From an uncultured Candidatus Jidaibacter sp. (lineage in GTDB: Bacteria > Pseudomonadota > Alphaproteobacteria > Rickettsiales > Midichloriaceae), in contig CAYWJW010000001.1 of assembly GCA_964458795.1 (NCBI GenBank), positions 14,083 through 78,082 on the forward strand: a DNA stretch of 64,000 nucleotides, in the 5' to 3' direction. Shown here one piece after another: positions 1 through 8,198 of the stretch (the stretch's first letter is position 1; each line of letters opens with the position of its first letter). The notes under the pieces were generated by a model. That model was not told where the DNA came from. It searched no databases and saw only the letters and a program-made list of their open reading frames with translations. The position numbers and the translations under genes are program-made.

Positions 1-1
1 T

Positions 2-862
2 AATCGTCCACTAAAATTTGAAGAGTGGGATCAAATGAGACCGCAAACTATATTTGTGTCAGCAACTCCAGCAGCTCTTGAATTACAACTGGCAGGCGGT
101 GAATATGTTGAACAAATAATTCGTCCCACAGGTCTTATAGACCCTGAATGCATTATAAGACCAGCTAGCTCACAGGTAGATGATTTGCTCAGAGAGTGTC
201 GCGCTATGGTTGAGCAAGGATCTAGGGTGCTAGTAACTACGCTTACTAAAAAAATGGCAGAAGATTTAACAGATTACTTAACAGAGATAGGTGTAAAGGC
301 AGTTTATTTGCATTCAGATATTGTCACACTAGAGCGCATAGAAATAATCCAAGCTTTACGTAGCGGTATCCATGATGTGCTTGTAGGGGTTAATCTACTC
401 AGAGAAGGTTTGGATATACCGGAGTGCGCACTTGTTGCAATACTTGATGCTGATAAGGAAGGATTCCTGCGCTCTAAAACAGCTTTGATCCAGACCATAG
501 GTCGAGCGGCGCGTAATATTGGTGGGCGAGTAATTCTATATGCCGATAAAATGACCAACTCTATGGGTGGTGCAATTGAGGAGACTAATAGAAGGAGAGC
601 CATCCAAATTGCACATAATGAGAAGCATGGTATAACTCCTGAATCAGTTAAGAAGGAGCTTGGCAAAATTATTCAAGCAGCAGTAGGGGCTGAGGTAAGT
701 GAAGATGAGATCAAGTTGCTTAAACGCAAAGATCTTAAAGCCTATATAGATAAACTAAGTAAGCAAATGATGGCCCATGCCGCCAAGCAGGAGTTTGAAC
801 AAGCAGCCGGCATACGCGATCGCTTAGCGAGAATTAAGGAAGAGATGGTTGAATTAGCTTAG
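2..862 (+). CDS. uvrB: Excinuclease ABC subunit B, C-terminal part (5' end outside window)
   Basis: Frame is open from nt 2 ([23 protein letters not shown]...). It has helicase C-terminal motifs ([23 protein letters not shown]) and a terminal UVR motif ([18 protein letters not shown]). Confidence 0.92.
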   Translation, partial: NRPLKFEEWDQMRPQTIFVSATPAALELQLAGGEYVEQIIRPTGLIDPECIIRPASSQVDDLLRECRAMVEQGSRVLVTTLTKKMAEDLTDYLTEIGVKAVYLHSDIVTLERIEIIQALRSGIHDVLVGVNLLREGLDIPECALVAILDADKEGFLRSKTALIQTIGRAARNIGGRVILYADKMTNSMGGAIEETNRRRAIQIAHNEKHGITPESVKKELGKIIQAAVGAEVSEDEIKLLKRKDLKAYIDKLSKQMMAHAAKQEFEQAAGIRDRLARIKEEMVELA

Positions 863-908
863 GAAACTTCCATAATTCTGAAAAACTCGATTGAATAGTG
901 CTAAATAA

Positions 909-1071
909 TTGGCTATATTCAACACTGGAAAAATTATGCTCATGAATTTTGTGTATGCCTAGTAAATTATATGCAGCTATGCTAGAGTCGGCAGATGATG
1001 CCGATTTGATCAAGTTAGTGAAAGAGCGTCAGAATGAAGAGGCATTTGAAGTTGATATAAATGATTTATAG
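909..1071 (+). pseudogene. Degraded Phd/YefM-type antitoxin remnant (N-terminally truncated, frameshifted)
   Basis: Two frames read LAIFNTGKIMLMNFVYA* (909-962) and MPSKLYAAMLESADDADLIKLVKERQNEEAFEVDINDL* (955-1071). Together they parallel residues ~31-82 of the fused TA ORF at 60506-61024 (LAILNRTKPVFYCVPAKRYEAMMGMIEDLQLIELIKSRAGDEEIEVDIDNY). Confidence 0.45.
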
Positions 1072-1074
1072 ATA

Positions 1075-2220
1075 CTAAAACAAATACCCCAAGCGTATCT
1101 TAAATAAACTAAGCTTTGGTTTAAAGGTATAAACAGCACCATTTGGAGCAGTTCCGCTTGACTTATCATAAGAGGTTAAAGTCCATTCGCCACCAAACAT
1201 CATGGAATCGCTAACCATGGTTTCAAAGCCAACACCGAATAAGTTTCCTCTTACGCGTTTCTTACTATTTATAATAAGATCTCCACCTGGACCGGCACCT
1301 GAAACACTGTACTTGAATTTAGACTCCTCAATTCCTATTTTGATACTAGCAATCCAGTAATTCATAATGAGTCCCCCGCGTATTGCTGCACTGTAATTAC
1401 TTGATCCTTTACCACTGGCTGTTAGTGGGAAAGCGGTGAAATAGCCTTTGACTCCATCCCGTCCTCCACCAAGTTCAAGTCCTATTATGCCAGTATCACT
1501 AAATTGTTTTTGGTAGCCAGCATGCAACCCATAAGCTACTCCTCTAGCGCCAATATGGCCACCTGATGTTGCTCCTATTGCCGGACCTAGGCCTATGCTA
1601 CTCTTAACATCTCCGATGCCATAACCGCCATTTATCCCAATATAGAACCCTTCCATATGTGGTTCTTCATAGTCATTAGCTGCAGCTACGGGTTTTACGG
1701 CTGTAGTTACAGGTAAAGGTGGGTTTTGAGGGCACGATTCGCACATCATACGTGGTTTTGGAGGGCACGATTCACACGTGGTAGTAGATGTATGCGTACA
1801 CATCATACGTGGTTTTGGAGGGCATAAATCGCACGTAGTAGTTGATGCATGGTTACACATCATGCGTGGTTTTGAAGAACATAGATCGCATATGATATTT
1901 GATGCGTGTGTGCATGTCATGCGCGGTTTTGAAGGACATAAATCGCAAGTGGTGGTTGATGCATGATTGCACATCATGCGAGGTTTTGAGGTGCATAAGT
2001 CACAAGTGATATTTGATTCATGTGTGCATGTCATACGCGGTTTTGCAGGGCATGATTCACACGTAGTGCTTGGCGGGTGGGCGCACATCATGTAAGATGT
2101 ATATGAGTCTCTAGGAGGACGTGGTTTGGTGGATCCACACAAGTCGCACGCGTATGCTAGGCTGTTAAATAAGCTCCAGATTGCGATAATGCATATGAGA
2201 ATTAAATTAGATATTTTCAT
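1075..2220 (-). CDS. Secreted outer-membrane beta-barrel-like protein with N-terminal Cys/His-rich tandem repeats
   Basis: It has a signal peptide (MKISNLILICIIAIWSLFNSLAYA) and about six 19-aa CxxC..KPRMxCxH units. The C-terminal ~200 aa have an alternating hydrophobic pattern ending RLGYLF (terminal Phe, as in OMP beta-signals). Confidence 0.6.
   Translation of the reverse strand: MKISNLILICIIAIWSLFNSLAYACDLCGSTKPRPPRDSYTSYMMCAHPPSTTCESCPAKPRMTCTHESNITCDLCTSKPRMMCNHASTTTCDLCPSKPRMTCTHASNIICDLCSSKPRMMCNHASTTTCDLCPPKPRMMCTHTSTTTCESCPPKPRMMCESCPQNPPLPVTTAVKPVAAANDYEEPHMEGFYIGINGGYGIGDVKSSIGLGPAIGATSGGHIGARGVAYGLHAGYQKQFSDTGIIGLELGGGRDGVKGYFTAFPLTASGKGSSNYSAAIRGGLIMNYWIASIKIGIEESKFKYSVSGAGPGGDLIINSKKRVRGNLFGVGFETMVSDSMMFGGEWTLTSYDKSSGTAPNGAVYTFKPKLSLFKIRLGYLF
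1723..2061 (-). repeat. 57-bp in-frame tandem repeat (about 6 units) inside the 381-aa surface protein gene
   Basis: The periodicity is visible in the DNA (catcat(a/g)cg(t/c)ggttttg(g/a)ag...). In protein it reads CDLC(P/S/T)SKPRM(M/T)C(N/T)HAS(T/N)(T/I)(T/I). Confidence 0.85.
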
Positions 2221-2347
2221 ATATCATTCCTAATTAAACTATTAGCACTTTAAAAAATGCTAATATACCTTTTGTACTCATGCAATGTTATTTAAGAAAT
2301 ATATAGCTGTGGTTAAGTCAGTATAACAGGATAGCAGCGTTATATAG

Positions 2348-3199
2348 TTAGAACAGGTATCCTAAGCGCATTTTAAAGGCACCAAGCTTTGGTTTAAGGC
2401 TATATACAATTCCATTTTGAGAAGTGCCGCTAATACTTTTATAAGTAGTAATGGTCCACTCACCGCCAAACATCACATTATCACTCACCATGGTTTCAAA
2501 GCCAATACCAAGCAGATTTCCTCTCGTTCGCTTTGAACTGCCTAAAATTAAATTCCCACTGGGATTTATACTATCTGTAACTGAGCCTTTAAGTTTAGTT
2601 TCTTCAATTCCTAGTTTAATACTAACCAACCAGTAATTCATAATAAGCCCAGCACGTATGGCTGCGCTGTAGCTGCTAGATCCTTTAAAAGCTACTGTTA
2701 TTGGGGGGTCAGTAAAGGAACCTTTAATTCCATCGCGTCCCCCGTCTAGTTCAAATCCTACTACTCCTATGTCACTAAATTGCTTTTGATATCCGGCATG
2801 TAAGCCATAAATTACGCCTCTAGCACCCAGATGGCCTCCCGAGCTTGGCATAAAGCTGTTTGTTATACCAGTTTTGACATCGCCTATGCTATAACCGCCA
2901 TTTATTCCGACATATAATCCCTCCATATGCGGCTCTTCATAGTCATTCGCTGTAGCAACTACAGGTTTTACAGATGTGGATATTTGTGGTGGGTTACTAG
3001 GATGCGGTTCGCACATCATGTATGTTTTTGGAGGACATGAATTGCATATAGTACTTTGGGGATGTGCACACATCATATAAGATGTATATGAGTCTCTAGG
3101 AGGGCGCGGGTTGGTGGACCCACATAAATCGCAAGCATAAGCTACACTGTTAAGTAAGCTCCAGAGTATGATAATGTATAAAAGATTAGATATTCTCAT
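2348..3199 (-). CDS. Paralog of the 1075-2220 surface protein with a single degenerate Cys repeat
   Basis: It shares the same signal peptide and leader (CDLCGSTNPRPPRDSYTSYMMCAHP) and the same C-terminal domain ending RLGYLF. Only one CNSCPPKTYMMC unit is present. Confidence 0.6.
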   Translation of the reverse strand: MRISNLLYIIILWSLLNSVAYACDLCGSTNPRPPRDSYTSYMMCAHPQSTICNSCPPKTYMMCEPHPSNPPQISTSVKPVVATANDYEEPHMEGLYVGINGGYSIGDVKTGITNSFMPSSGGHLGARGVIYGLHAGYQKQFSDIGVVGFELDGGRDGIKGSFTDPPITVAFKGSSSYSAAIRAGLIMNYWLVSIKLGIEETKLKGSVTDSINPSGNLILGSSKRTRGNLLGIGFETMVSDNVMFGGEWTITTYKSISGTSQNGIVYSLKPKLGAFKMRLGYLF

Positions 3200-3266
3200 A
3201 CATCACTCCTAACCAAACTATGAGCACCCCCTAAAAAGCTAATCTACCTTTTATACTCATGCAATG

Positions 3267-3371
3267 TTATTTAAATAATAAATTAAAGAACTGCTTTAGC
3301 CCAAAAACAAATATGGCAAAAGCTGCGAGGCTTGCAAGCCATAATCCTATAAACCAAAGCCAAGGCTTCAA
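3267..3371 (-). CDS. Possible CydX-like small subunit of cytochrome bd oxidase (34 aa, TTG start)
   Basis: The small ORF lies 22 nt downstream of the cydB stop on the same strand and reads (M)KPWLWFIGLWLASLAAFAIFVFGLKQFFNLLFK. It is a single TM helix with N-proximal Trp residues, like CydX. The ORF track misses it because it is under 60 aa. Confidence 0.35.
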   Translation of the reverse strand: MKPWLWFIGLWLASLAAFAIFVFGLKQFFNLLFK

Positions 3372-3393
3372 TTTAGTATTGCTTTCAAGTAAT

Positions 3394-4422
3394 TTAGTGA
3401 TGATAGAATGCTTTTTCAGAAACTTTTCCTCTAAAAACGTAATATGAATAAGCGGTATAGCTAAGTATTATTGGCAATAAGACTAGTGCACCCACTAGTA
3501 GGAAAGACTGCGATTCTGGGGCCGCAGCTGCTTGCCATATATCAATCTGGTAAGGAACTAACCAAGGCCAAATGCTGATTGCTAGACCGAAAAAATTGAG
3601 GGAAAAAAGCGCAACTGCTAATAGAAAAGGTGCTAATTCGTGCTCTTTTTTCACTGCTCTTTCATGGAGTATGAAAACAGTTATGACCAACAGTGGTATA
3701 GGGCTTAAATACCATATATTAGGTGAGCTAAACCAGCGAGCTCTAACGCCTTCATGGATAAAAGGCATCCATATACTTACTAATCCCATAAATGCTAACA
3801 AGTATAGAGATGTATACATGGAACTTTTACGTGCCCACTTTTGAGTTACTCCTTCAGTTTTGAGAATTAACCAGTTTGAACCAAGTAACGCATAGCCAAA
3901 AATTACCGCCACTCCACACATTAAGGCGAATGGAGTTAGCCAATCAAAAGGATTGCCAGAATAGGCGTTATCTATTACCTCCACTCCTTGTACAAATGTG
4001 CCTAGCATTAGTCCCTGAGAGAAGGCAGCTATTAAAGATCCAAAGTGAAAAGCTTGATCCCAAACACGTTTAGAGAAATAAGACTCGGCCTTGAAACGAA
4101 ATTCAAAGGCAACTCCACGAAAGATTAATGCGATCAGCATAAAGATAAGGGGTAAATATAATGCTGGAGCCAATATGGAGTAGGCAAGAGGAAAGGCGGC
4201 AAATAGACCGCCACCACCTAACACGAGCCAAGTTTCATTGCCATCCCAAAATGGTGCAATAGAATTAACCATCTTATTTCTGCACTCATCCGATGGGGCG
4301 AATGGAAAAAGAATGCCAATGCCTAAATCGAATCCATCTAGGAGTACATACATGAATATGGCTATCGCAATTAGTCCACTCCATACAAGTGGCAGATCTA
4401 TGATATGTGACAGATCGAACAT
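3394..4422 (-). CDS. cydB: Cytochrome bd ubiquinol oxidase subunit II
   Basis: 342-aa polytopic membrane protein directly following cydA (1-nt spacing). It has the CydB-like N-terminus LPLVWSGLIAIAIFMYVLLDGFDLGIGIL. Confidence 0.9.
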   Translation of the reverse strand: MFDLSHIIDLPLVWSGLIAIAIFMYVLLDGFDLGIGILFPFAPSDECRNKMVNSIAPFWDGNETWLVLGGGGLFAAFPLAYSILAPALYLPLIFMLIALIFRGVAFEFRFKAESYFSKRVWDQAFHFGSLIAAFSQGLMLGTFVQGVEVIDNAYSGNPFDWLTPFALMCGVAVIFGYALLGSNWLILKTEGVTQKWARKSSMYTSLYLLAFMGLVSIWMPFIHEGVRARWFSSPNIWYLSPIPLLVITVFILHERAVKKEHELAPFLLAVALFSLNFFGLAISIWPWLVPYQIDIWQAAAAPESQSFLLVGALVLLPIILSYTAYSYYVFRGKVSEKAFYHH

Positions 4423-4423
4423 C

Positions 4424-5818
4424 TCAACCTCGCTTTGATTTTAGTTTTGTTATAGGTGCTGGTTCTGCTAGTCCATGGGCACCAAAAGCTGGGTCTTTAA
4501 TGTCAATATTTGGTCCTCTTCGCATAAGTCGTAAGATAAAGTAGACTCCAACTCCAAATACTAATATGTATACAACTATCAATGAGATCAACGAAAAGGC
4601 GATATTTTCCGCCATAATTGGTGATATAGCAGAACCGGTTTTCAACAATCCATAAACAACATATGGTTGCCGCCCAACTTCTGTAACAAACCAACCTGCG
4701 AGAATTGCAATAAAGCCGCATGGAGAAAGTAACCTACACCAGTGATGGAACCAACGGGTATCAAAAAGCCTACCTTTGAAAAATAGAATTGTTCCCGCAA
4801 GTGCAGTCAGTAACATAAGTCCGCCAATTGCTATCATAATTCTGAATGAATAAAATACTATAGCTACAGGAGGGCGTTCGGCTTTTGGCCAACTCTTTAA
4901 ACCTCTAACTTCTCCATCTAATGTGTGAGTTAAAATTAAACTGCTAGCATATGGAATGATGATTGAATACTTATTAATCTCTTCCTTGCTATCAGGTACA
5001 CCAAAAAGTCTGAAGCCAGCGCCGCGCTCAGTCTCCCAAATTCCTTCCATTGCAGATATTTTTATTGGTTGATATTTAAGTGTGTTTAAGCCATGCATAT
5101 CTCCAAGCAATATTTGTATAGGTGCAAATATGGAGATTAATAATATAGCCATGCCAAGCATGATTCTTGCATGATCTTTATGTATTTTCTTTATAAAGTA
5201 ATAACTAGCCACACCAGCCACGACAAATGCGGTGGTTAGGTAGGCTGCAGAAATCATATGGGCTAATCTATAAGGGAAAGATGGGTTGAATATAACTGCC
5301 ATCCAGCTAGCTGGAAAGAAGACTCCAAACTCATCAATTCTATATCCTGAAGGTGTATGCATCCAACTGTTTGCAGAGAGTATCCAGAAGGCTGAAATTA
5401 ATGTGCCAATTGCAACTATAATAGTTGATGCAAGGTGCATTCTCGGGCTAACCTTATTCCAGCCGAAAATCATTATACCTAGGAAGGAAGCTTCTAAAAA
5501 GAACGCAGTAAGCACCTCATAACCGAGAAGTGGGCCTAAGATATTACCTGTGTTCCTCGCAAATACCGACCAATTAGTTCCGAATTGATACGCGAGCAAA
5601 AGTCCCGATACCACACCTAGGCCAAAGGATACTGCAAATATTTTAATCCAATACTGATAAATTTCTCTATATACACTTTTGCCGGTTTTAAGCCAGAGAG
5701 CTTCGAGTACAGCGAGCCAACTGGCAAGTCCTATGGTAAAAGCTGGGAAAAGAATATGAAAAGAAATAGTAAAGGCAAATTGAATTCTAGCAAGGATTAC
5801 CGGATCAAGCATTGACAT
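4424..5818 (-). CDS. cydA: Cytochrome bd ubiquinol oxidase subunit I
   Basis: 464 aa with a typical CydA N-terminus (LARIQFAFTISFHILFPAFTIGLA), a Q-loop region and GWFVTEVGRQPYVVYGLLKT. Confidence 0.92.
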   Translation of the reverse strand: MSMLDPVILARIQFAFTISFHILFPAFTIGLASWLAVLEALWLKTGKSVYREIYQYWIKIFAVSFGLGVVSGLLLAYQFGTNWSVFARNTGNILGPLLGYEVLTAFFLEASFLGIMIFGWNKVSPRMHLASTIIVAIGTLISAFWILSANSWMHTPSGYRIDEFGVFFPASWMAVIFNPSFPYRLAHMISAAYLTTAFVVAGVASYYFIKKIHKDHARIMLGMAILLISIFAPIQILLGDMHGLNTLKYQPIKISAMEGIWETERGAGFRLFGVPDSKEEINKYSIIIPYASSLILTHTLDGEVRGLKSWPKAERPPVAIVFYSFRIMIAIGGLMLLTALAGTILFFKGRLFDTRWFHHWCRLLSPCGFIAILAGWFVTEVGRQPYVVYGLLKTGSAISPIMAENIAFSLISLIVVYILVFGVGVYFILRLMRRGPNIDIKDPAFGAHGLAEPAPITKLKSKRG

Positions 5819-5874
5819 ATCAGCACTCTGGTATTAGCAAATAGATGTAATTATTATACTACAGGGAATAGTTA

Positions 5875-6717
5875 ATGCATGCTAGAAAAAATATTTGTGT
5901 GTTTGATATAGAGACCGTGATTGATGTTGAGATGGCTAGAAGTTTTTTAGCTCTGCCAAAAGAGCTCGCAGATACCGAAGTAATGATAAAGCTAGAAGAG
6001 TACCACTTAGGTATTACAGATGGTAAAAATTCCTTTGCGCGCCAGTTGTTTCATAAAGTTGTAGCCATAGCCTTCCTGCAGGCTGAAATTAATTATGATG
6101 GTGGTTATGAGAGTTATAAGTTTGTTGATCTACGAGCTGGGGGCAAAGAAAGTTTTTCTGAAGCTGAGCTGATCAAGAGTTTCTTTAGCCATTTAGGTAA
6201 TTTGAAGCCAAGACTTATAACGTTTAATGGCCGAACTTTTGACCTGCCTGTATTAAAATATCGCGCTATGCGCCATGGTATAAGTGTACGTTGGTTATAT
6301 AGAGATGGAGACAAATGGAATAATTATCAATCTCGCTATAGCAGTGATTGGCATTGCGATTTGTTAGATGTGCTCTCAGATTATGGTGCATCAGCGCGCA
6401 TAAGGCTTGATGAGGTGTGTGCACTACTGGGAATCCCCGGCAAAATTGATGTAAATGGCGCTATGGTATCAGAGCTTTACAGTTGCGGAAAAATCGAAGA
6501 AATACGCGATTACTGTGAGCTAGACGTTGCCAATACTTATTTAGTATACTTGGGCTATATGCGGCATGTTGGTGATCTTACTGCGAGAGGTTATGAGGAG
6601 GCCGTGCAAGACTTGCATGAGTTTTTAAACTCAAATTCTGATATAAAAAAACATTATGCAAACTTTCTAGATATTTGGGATACCAAGCTTGCAGCTTATA
6701 CCAATTCCAGTAAATAA
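5875..6717 (+). CDS. Predicted 3'-5' exonuclease related to the PolB exonuclease domain (RNase H-like fold)
   Basis: Exo motifs are present: VFDIET (DxE), NGRTFDLPVL and YCELDVANTYLVY (Y..D). The last six codons plus stop (YTNSSK*) lie inside a repeat element. Confidence 0.65.
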   Translation: MHARKNICVFDIETVIDVEMARSFLALPKELADTEVMIKLEEYHLGITDGKNSFARQLFHKVVAIAFLQAEINYDGGYESYKFVDLRAGGKESFSEAELIKSFFSHLGNLKPRLITFNGRTFDLPVLKYRAMRHGISVRWLYRDGDKWNNYQSRYSSDWHCDLLDVLSDYGASARIRLDEVCALLGIPGKIDVNGAMVSELYSCGKIEEIRDYCELDVANTYLVYLGYMRHVGDLTARGYEEAVQDLHEFLNSNSDIKKHYANFLDIWDTKLAAYTNSSK

Positions 6718-6733
6718 CTGTACATATGCGGGA
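6698..6733 (+). mobile_element. MITE-like repeat, half copy (ATACCAATTCCAGTAAATAACTGTACA-TATGCGGG)
   Basis: The same ~30-nt terminus recurs at 11065, 26500, 35919/35993, 45537/45600 and 51098. Confidence 0.75.
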
Positions 6734-6734
6734 T

Positions 6735-6808
6735 AAATTTTTTTTGTCAGGGACTTCCATGCCCCTATTTGGAAGTGTATACTAATAAATATAAGATAGA
6801 ATAAATGT
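6735..6808 (+). promoter_or_regulatory. Promoter-like interspersed module, copy a (GGGACTTCCAT-17 nt-TATACT...ATAAATATAAGAT)
   Basis: TTCCAT at 6755-6760 is followed by a 17-nt non-conserved spacer and TATACT at 6778-6783. The eno start at 6817 is preceded by AGGA. This is one of 7 copies with the same block spacing. Confidence 0.5.
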
Positions 6809-6816
6809 AGGAATAT

Positions 6817-8061
6817 ATGAACAGAACACCAAGAATTAGCAGTTTACACTCTCGAACAATACTGGATAGCAGAGGTAACCCAACTGTAGAAGTTGATATA
6901 ACTTTAGAGGATGGATCTTTTGCCAGAGCTTCTGTACCAAGTGGTGCATCGGTGGGAAGTAAAGAAGCACTCGAGCTTCGTGATGAAGATAGCAAATTTC
7001 ATGGTAAAGGTGTTGAGAAGGCAGTTAACAATGTAAATAATGCTATTGCCGGCAAGCTATTAAACAGAAGCTTTGCTCTACAAGCAGAGCTAGATAATTT
7101 GCTTATAGAACTTGATGGCACTGAAAATAAAAGCAACTTAGGTGCCAATGCTATTTTGGGTGTCTCTATAGCTTTTGCCAAAGCATCAGCACTAAGTTTA
7201 GGGCAACCGCTTTATAGCTATCTTGGTTCCGGGCGAAAACTACCTGTGCCATTTTTTAATGTTATAAATGGTGGAGCGCATGCGGATAATGCTCTTGATA
7301 TACAGGAGTTTATGATAGTGCCTTTTGGATTATCTAATTTTGCGGAGATGGTAAGAGCTGGCAGTGAAATTTTTCATACGCTTAAAAAACTGCTCAGGCA
7401 AAAAAAGTTGAGCACCAATGTTGGAGACGAAGGAGGCTTTGCGCCGAACTTAAGTAGCGCAAAAAACACCCTAGATGTTATTTGTGAGGCTATATCAGAG
7501 GCTGGATATATGCCTGGCACGCAAGTCGCAATTGCGCTTGATGTTGCAGCAAGTGAGTTCTTCGAAGGTGGTAAATATAACTTAAGCGGAGAAGGATTGA
7601 TTATGGATTCACATGGTTTAAGCCATTACTTACAAGAGCTATGTGCACATTATCCAATAATCTCAATAGAGGACCCAATGCATGAGAGCGATTATGAAGG
7701 ATGGAAATTGGTTACTAAGCTCATGGGGAAAGATATACAGATTATCGGCGATGATGTTTTTGTGACCAACCCTAAACTAATAGAGTTTGGTATTGAACAA
7801 GGTTTTGCTAATTCTGTGCTCATCAAGCCAAACCAGATTGGAACTATTACCGAAACAATCCAGGCAATCAACATCGCTAAAATGGGAGGTTATAAAACCA
7901 TGATCTCACATCGTTCTGGCGAAACTGAAGATACCACTATCGCACATCTAGCAGTAGCCCTAGAAAGCGGACAAATAAAATCCGGCTCCCTTTCCAGAAC
8001 CGATCGTTTGTGTAAATATAACGAGCTTTTGAGGATAGAGGAATCTCTTAATAAACAATAA
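6817..8061 (+). CDS. eno: Enolase (phosphopyruvate hydratase)
   Basis: [57 protein letters not shown] and [12 protein letters not shown]. Confidence 0.95.
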   Translation: MNRTPRISSLHSRTILDSRGNPTVEVDITLEDGSFARASVPSGASVGSKEALELRDEDSKFHGKGVEKAVNNVNNAIAGKLLNRSFALQAELDNLLIELDGTENKSNLGANAILGVSIAFAKASALSLGQPLYSYLGSGRKLPVPFFNVINGGAHADNALDIQEFMIVPFGLSNFAEMVRAGSEIFHTLKKLLRQKKLSTNVGDEGGFAPNLSSAKNTLDVICEAISEAGYMPGTQVAIALDVAASEFFEGGKYNLSGEGLIMDSHGLSHYLQELCAHYPIISIEDPMHESDYEGWKLVTKLMGKDIQIIGDDVFVTNPKLIEFGIEQGFANSVLIKPNQIGTITETIQAINIAKMGGYKTMISHRSGETEDTTIAHLAVALESGQIKSGSLSRTDRLCKYNELLRIEESLNKQ

Positions 8062-8130
8062 GATCCCCCTTGCGGTCATAATGAACAATGATATATTTGC
8101 TGCAGAAATGTTAAGATTTATAGGTAAAAT

Positions 8131-8190
8131 ATGTCAGAACAAAATAAATTCAAAGGCGGCGATAAGTTTAAATACATGCAATATCACTGA
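8131..8190 (+). pseudogene. In-frame deletion remnant (19 codons) of the 330-aa gene found intact at 9230-10222
   Basis: MSEQNKFKGGDKFKYMQYH* joins the N-terminus (MSGQDKFKGGDKFK) and the C-terminus (YMQYH*) of the downstream copy. The flanking leader 8042-8130 duplicates 9142-9229. Confidence 0.8.
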
Positions 8191-8198
8191 GGTATTCT

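Noticed and set aside
1723-2061. Regularly spaced 57-bp repeats that could be mistaken for a CRISPR-like array.
   Set aside because: The units are contiguous with no unique spacers. They are in frame inside a long ORF and translate to a coherent Cys/His peptide repeat.
3259-3447. 62-aa plus-strand ORF from the track.
   Set aside because: It lies antisense to the cydB 3' end and the CydX-like micro-ORF, and its sequence is low-complexity with no motif. It is probably a shadow ORF.
6753-6777. ACTTCCA / TGGAAGT 7-bp inverted repeat inside promoter-like module a, suggesting an RNA hairpin or riboswitch-like fold.
   Set aside because: The second arm lies in the variable spacer and is not complementary in the other six copies. 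The structure is therefore not conserved.
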